NCBI RefSeq assembly: GCF_001194135.2
Contig: NC_068981.1
Span: forward strand, 78,788,085-78,852,084
Reading direction: 5' to 3'
Length of the DNA: 64,000 nucleotides
Origin: Octopus bimaculoides
Taxonomy: Eukaryota
The notes under the pieces were generated by a model. That model was not told the DNA's origin. It worked only from the letters and a program-made list of their open reading frames with translations, and searched no databases. Both the position numbers and the translations under genes were made by a program. Position 1 is the stretch's first letter. Every line of letters begins with the position of its first letter. This document shows, in pieces, positions 61,151 through 64,000 of the stretch.

Positions 61151-61524
61151 ACACACATATATAAATCAAAGTTAATGTTAGTCTACTCCAGAGTTAGCTC
61201 TTCAGTATTGTGGATATGAGAGAAAAATCTGGAGTTTACACAGCATTCAGTTTAAGTTGAATGTGCCAGAGTGGTCCCCATCTCCACTTACACTCCCACC
61301 TCCACTCCACAAAAGTTAGGGATGTTTGCCAAGTACCTAGGACTAATGTAACTGAATGCCTTTTTGTCACTGAACTAGGTGTAGTTGGAGTAATGACCTA
61401 GGCAAGGAGTACAAAGGTCAGTTTATAGTTTACTAAGGCAAGTTTAAATGGTTTTGAGACTTTCACTCTAATTAGCTAGGTTAGGAGTCTAAAGGGTTAT
61501 CTGGAGTCTAAATAAAGATATTGG

Positions 61525-61790
61525 TATTGTGAATCCTTTGGTTACCATATTTCTATTGAAATAGACAGGCTTTGTCTAAATTGGTTTTGAAAATAATGAA
61601 GAATTTATTAAAATAACTTTGTAAATATTAAGCTGTTACTTAGAACATAATTTAGCATGAAATGTTAATGGAAGATTTTAATTTAGATAATTCCAAAACA
61701 GAGGGTTTCTATCACAGAACCAGAGGTAGTTTCAGGCTGGTTAGCATTCAAAAGATTGGCATTAAATTCAGTGGATTGGTGGTTGCTCTA
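61525..61790 (-). mobile_element. Second piggyBac-type MITE family (related fragments at 31948-32130 and 35640-35799)
   Basis: CCTTTGGTTACCATATTTC..GAAATAG is the reverse of TTTCAACCGAAGTATGGTAACAAAAGGG|TTAA at 35770-35799. The copies share an AAAACCTTCCA..AAATTTCA.GTTAA.TTATATTCCAAA-like core. Confidence 0.5.
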
Positions 61791-63604
61791 GTTTGACCTT
61801 ACTTCAGTATTGTCATCATTAATAGACAGAGGGGGAAAGTTTGGAAGATGTAACAGTAGAAATACAAATATAGGCAAAAATATACAAAAAAATAAAGACC
61901 CAAAAAGATTTAAAACCCTTATGCAGAATTATGCTAGAATTGGCATGTGCACATGCATAAAAGGAACATTCTCATTAACATAATTGTGCTGACATGCAAG
62001 GAAGGAATAAAATTATAGAGTAAAAGTTATGATTTGGACATTATCAGTCCTTCATTGAATACTAGAGGAAATTCCAGGAGAGACAGAAAACAATAAAAAA
62101 AAAGAATGAGTGTGTGTGTATACACACACATACATACAAACACACACACATGTAAATGGTCCTTTAAAGTCCAAACATAACTAATTAGAGAAAAAAATTT
62201 TACTAAGAAAAACAACACCATAAATTTAGATACAATACCATATAAATATGTATTAGTAAGTTATAAGCTGACCTAGTGAAATATTTATGGTCATTACTCA
62301 GACCACTTAAAGTTCAAAAAGGCATTCTATTGTATAGAATAACAGCTTAATCCTGACTACTTTACAGTAGTAAAAACAGCTGTAAATTATAAAAAAAAAA
62401 AAATTTAAAAAAATCCCACTTCCTATCATAGTTCACATTCTATCCACCCTGGCACACCTAACTTTAGCTGAATGCCATAAAAACTTCAAACTTTTCTCTT
62501 GTATCAATCCTGGTGAACAGCCTAGATAAGAACAAAACTCAGAGCAGAATGTCAACTTTGATATAATAAATACATAATCTATATGCTCTAGCCAACATAT
62601 TGAGTTCTCAATCAGATAAAGTTTGCACTGTGTTAAATATAGTTTTGATGCNNNNNNNNNNNNNNNNNNNNNNNNNNNNNNNNNNNNNNNNNNNNNNNNN
62701 NNNNNNNNNNNNNNNNNNNNNNNNTATATATATAAGGTTATGAATTGATAGACACATAACAGACATGACATTTTGATGTGTATATGTATGTATATATATA
62801 TATATATTTCATATAATGATTCTATAGATCAGAACTTGGATAACAGGGAAAATGGTGCTTAGCTGTATTTGAACTGCATGAAAACCAGAGTTACAAGAAA
62901 AAAATTGGAATAGGTCAAATAAAAACAGTGAATATATATTATTATTATAATAACTATGGCAAAAAAAACTGAACAGCTATCAGTTACAGATCGATAGAAT
63001 ATTGATTTCCAATAACTTGAAAGGAGAAATAGTGACCCATATAATGAAACCATTTTTAAATACAGGTGCTAATATTTTAGTCCCATTATATTTACAGACG
63101 TCTTATGAAGATGTCCCAAAACTGAATCTACCTTTCTTAAGCTCCAGTAATAAAAAATATTGTTTTGATAGATATTATGGATTTCAGTGGATATTATATG
63201 TCTGAAAGTGTGAAAATAAAGGATGAATTTTCTTAGAAATTCACTGATAATATGTGTTCAAAGAAATACTACAGCTTAAGGAAAACACTGAAATTTTCCC
63301 AAAATAAATTAAGAGACACAATCCTACATAGCACCTGTAAACATTTAGCCTATTTCTAATAGTTTCTTCCAGAGTTATAACAATATTTTAAGAGAAAGAA
63401 ATGAAAACTTAAGTAACCAAACTAACTATATATATAGGGACAATAGTGGTTAATTGAGACAGAAGGTTGTGGATGTTTTCTTGCCAAAGTCCTATAAATT
63501 GAAAAAAGTTCTTTTTATATTTCATAGAAGGTAATTAGGGTTGCCAGGTATGTGAATAAGGATACAACAGTTAAGGAATGGAGTAGATAAGATCTGGTAT
63601 ATAT

Positions 63605-63985
63605 ATTCTTTTACTCTTTTAATTGTTTCAGTAATTTGACTGTGGCCATGCTGGAGCACTGCCTTTAGTCGAGCAAATCGACTCCAGGACTTATTCTTTG
63701 GGAGCCTAGTACTTATTCTATCAGTCTTTTTTGCCGAACGACAAAGTTATGGGGACGTAAACACACCAGCATCAGTTGTCAAGCGATGTTGAGGGGATAA
63801 ACACAGACACACATACATATATACAATGGGCTTCTTTCAGTTTCCATCTACCAAATCCACTCACAAGGCTTTGGTTGCCCAAGGCTATAGTAGAAGACAC
63901 TTGCCCAAGGTGCCACGCAGTGGGACTGAACCTGGAACCATGTGGTTCGTAAGCAAGCTACTTACCACACAGCCACTCCTATGCC
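63605..63985 (-). mobile_element. Full-length tRNA/CORE-type SINE (non-RTE tail)
   Basis: Complete tail-hinge-head sequence matching 38425-38830. Confidence 0.93.
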
Positions 63986-64000
63986 TATATATATATATAT

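Noticed and set aside
62458-62521. 64-nt minus-strand exon candidate (TTCTTATCTAG|...|GTGTGC)
   Set aside because: The donor is weak, the peptide is unrecognised, and it cannot be linked to other candidates.
1-64000. CRISPR arrays, rRNA, bona fide tRNA genes, prokaryotic operons
   Set aside because: None seen. The tRNA-like A/B boxes belong to SINE heads, and the periodic sequences are simple microsatellites without unique spacers.

Overview
AT-rich, repeat-dominated eukaryotic genomic DNA with nine N-gaps and many microsatellites. The abundant tRNA-head/CORE-type SINEs match what I recall of the Octopus OR1/OR2-type families, so a coleoid cephalopod origin is inferred (no search was run). 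No intact protein-coding gene could be assembled. Most ORFs in the track are microsatellite, SINE or gap artefacts, and the protein-like ones are transposon remnants: RTE, BovB-like, Tx1/L1-like, CR1/L2-like and HERO-type LINEs, a Neptune-type Penelope-like element, a Tigger/pogo, a full-length decayed mariner, mariner- and piggyBac-type MITEs, and possible hAT relics. A CpG-retaining zone at about 42.4-46.3 kb suggests an unmethylated promoter, and a few isolated exon-like segments hint at an unidentified long-intron host gene. The most notable signal is RNA-level: three unrelated repeat families each carry a type I hammerhead ribozyme motif with a palindromic (dimer-forming) stem III. They are a fully canonical minimal hammerhead at 60159-60203, a long-stem-II variant in the inverted pLTRs of the Penelope element, and a three-copy CUGUUGA core variant.
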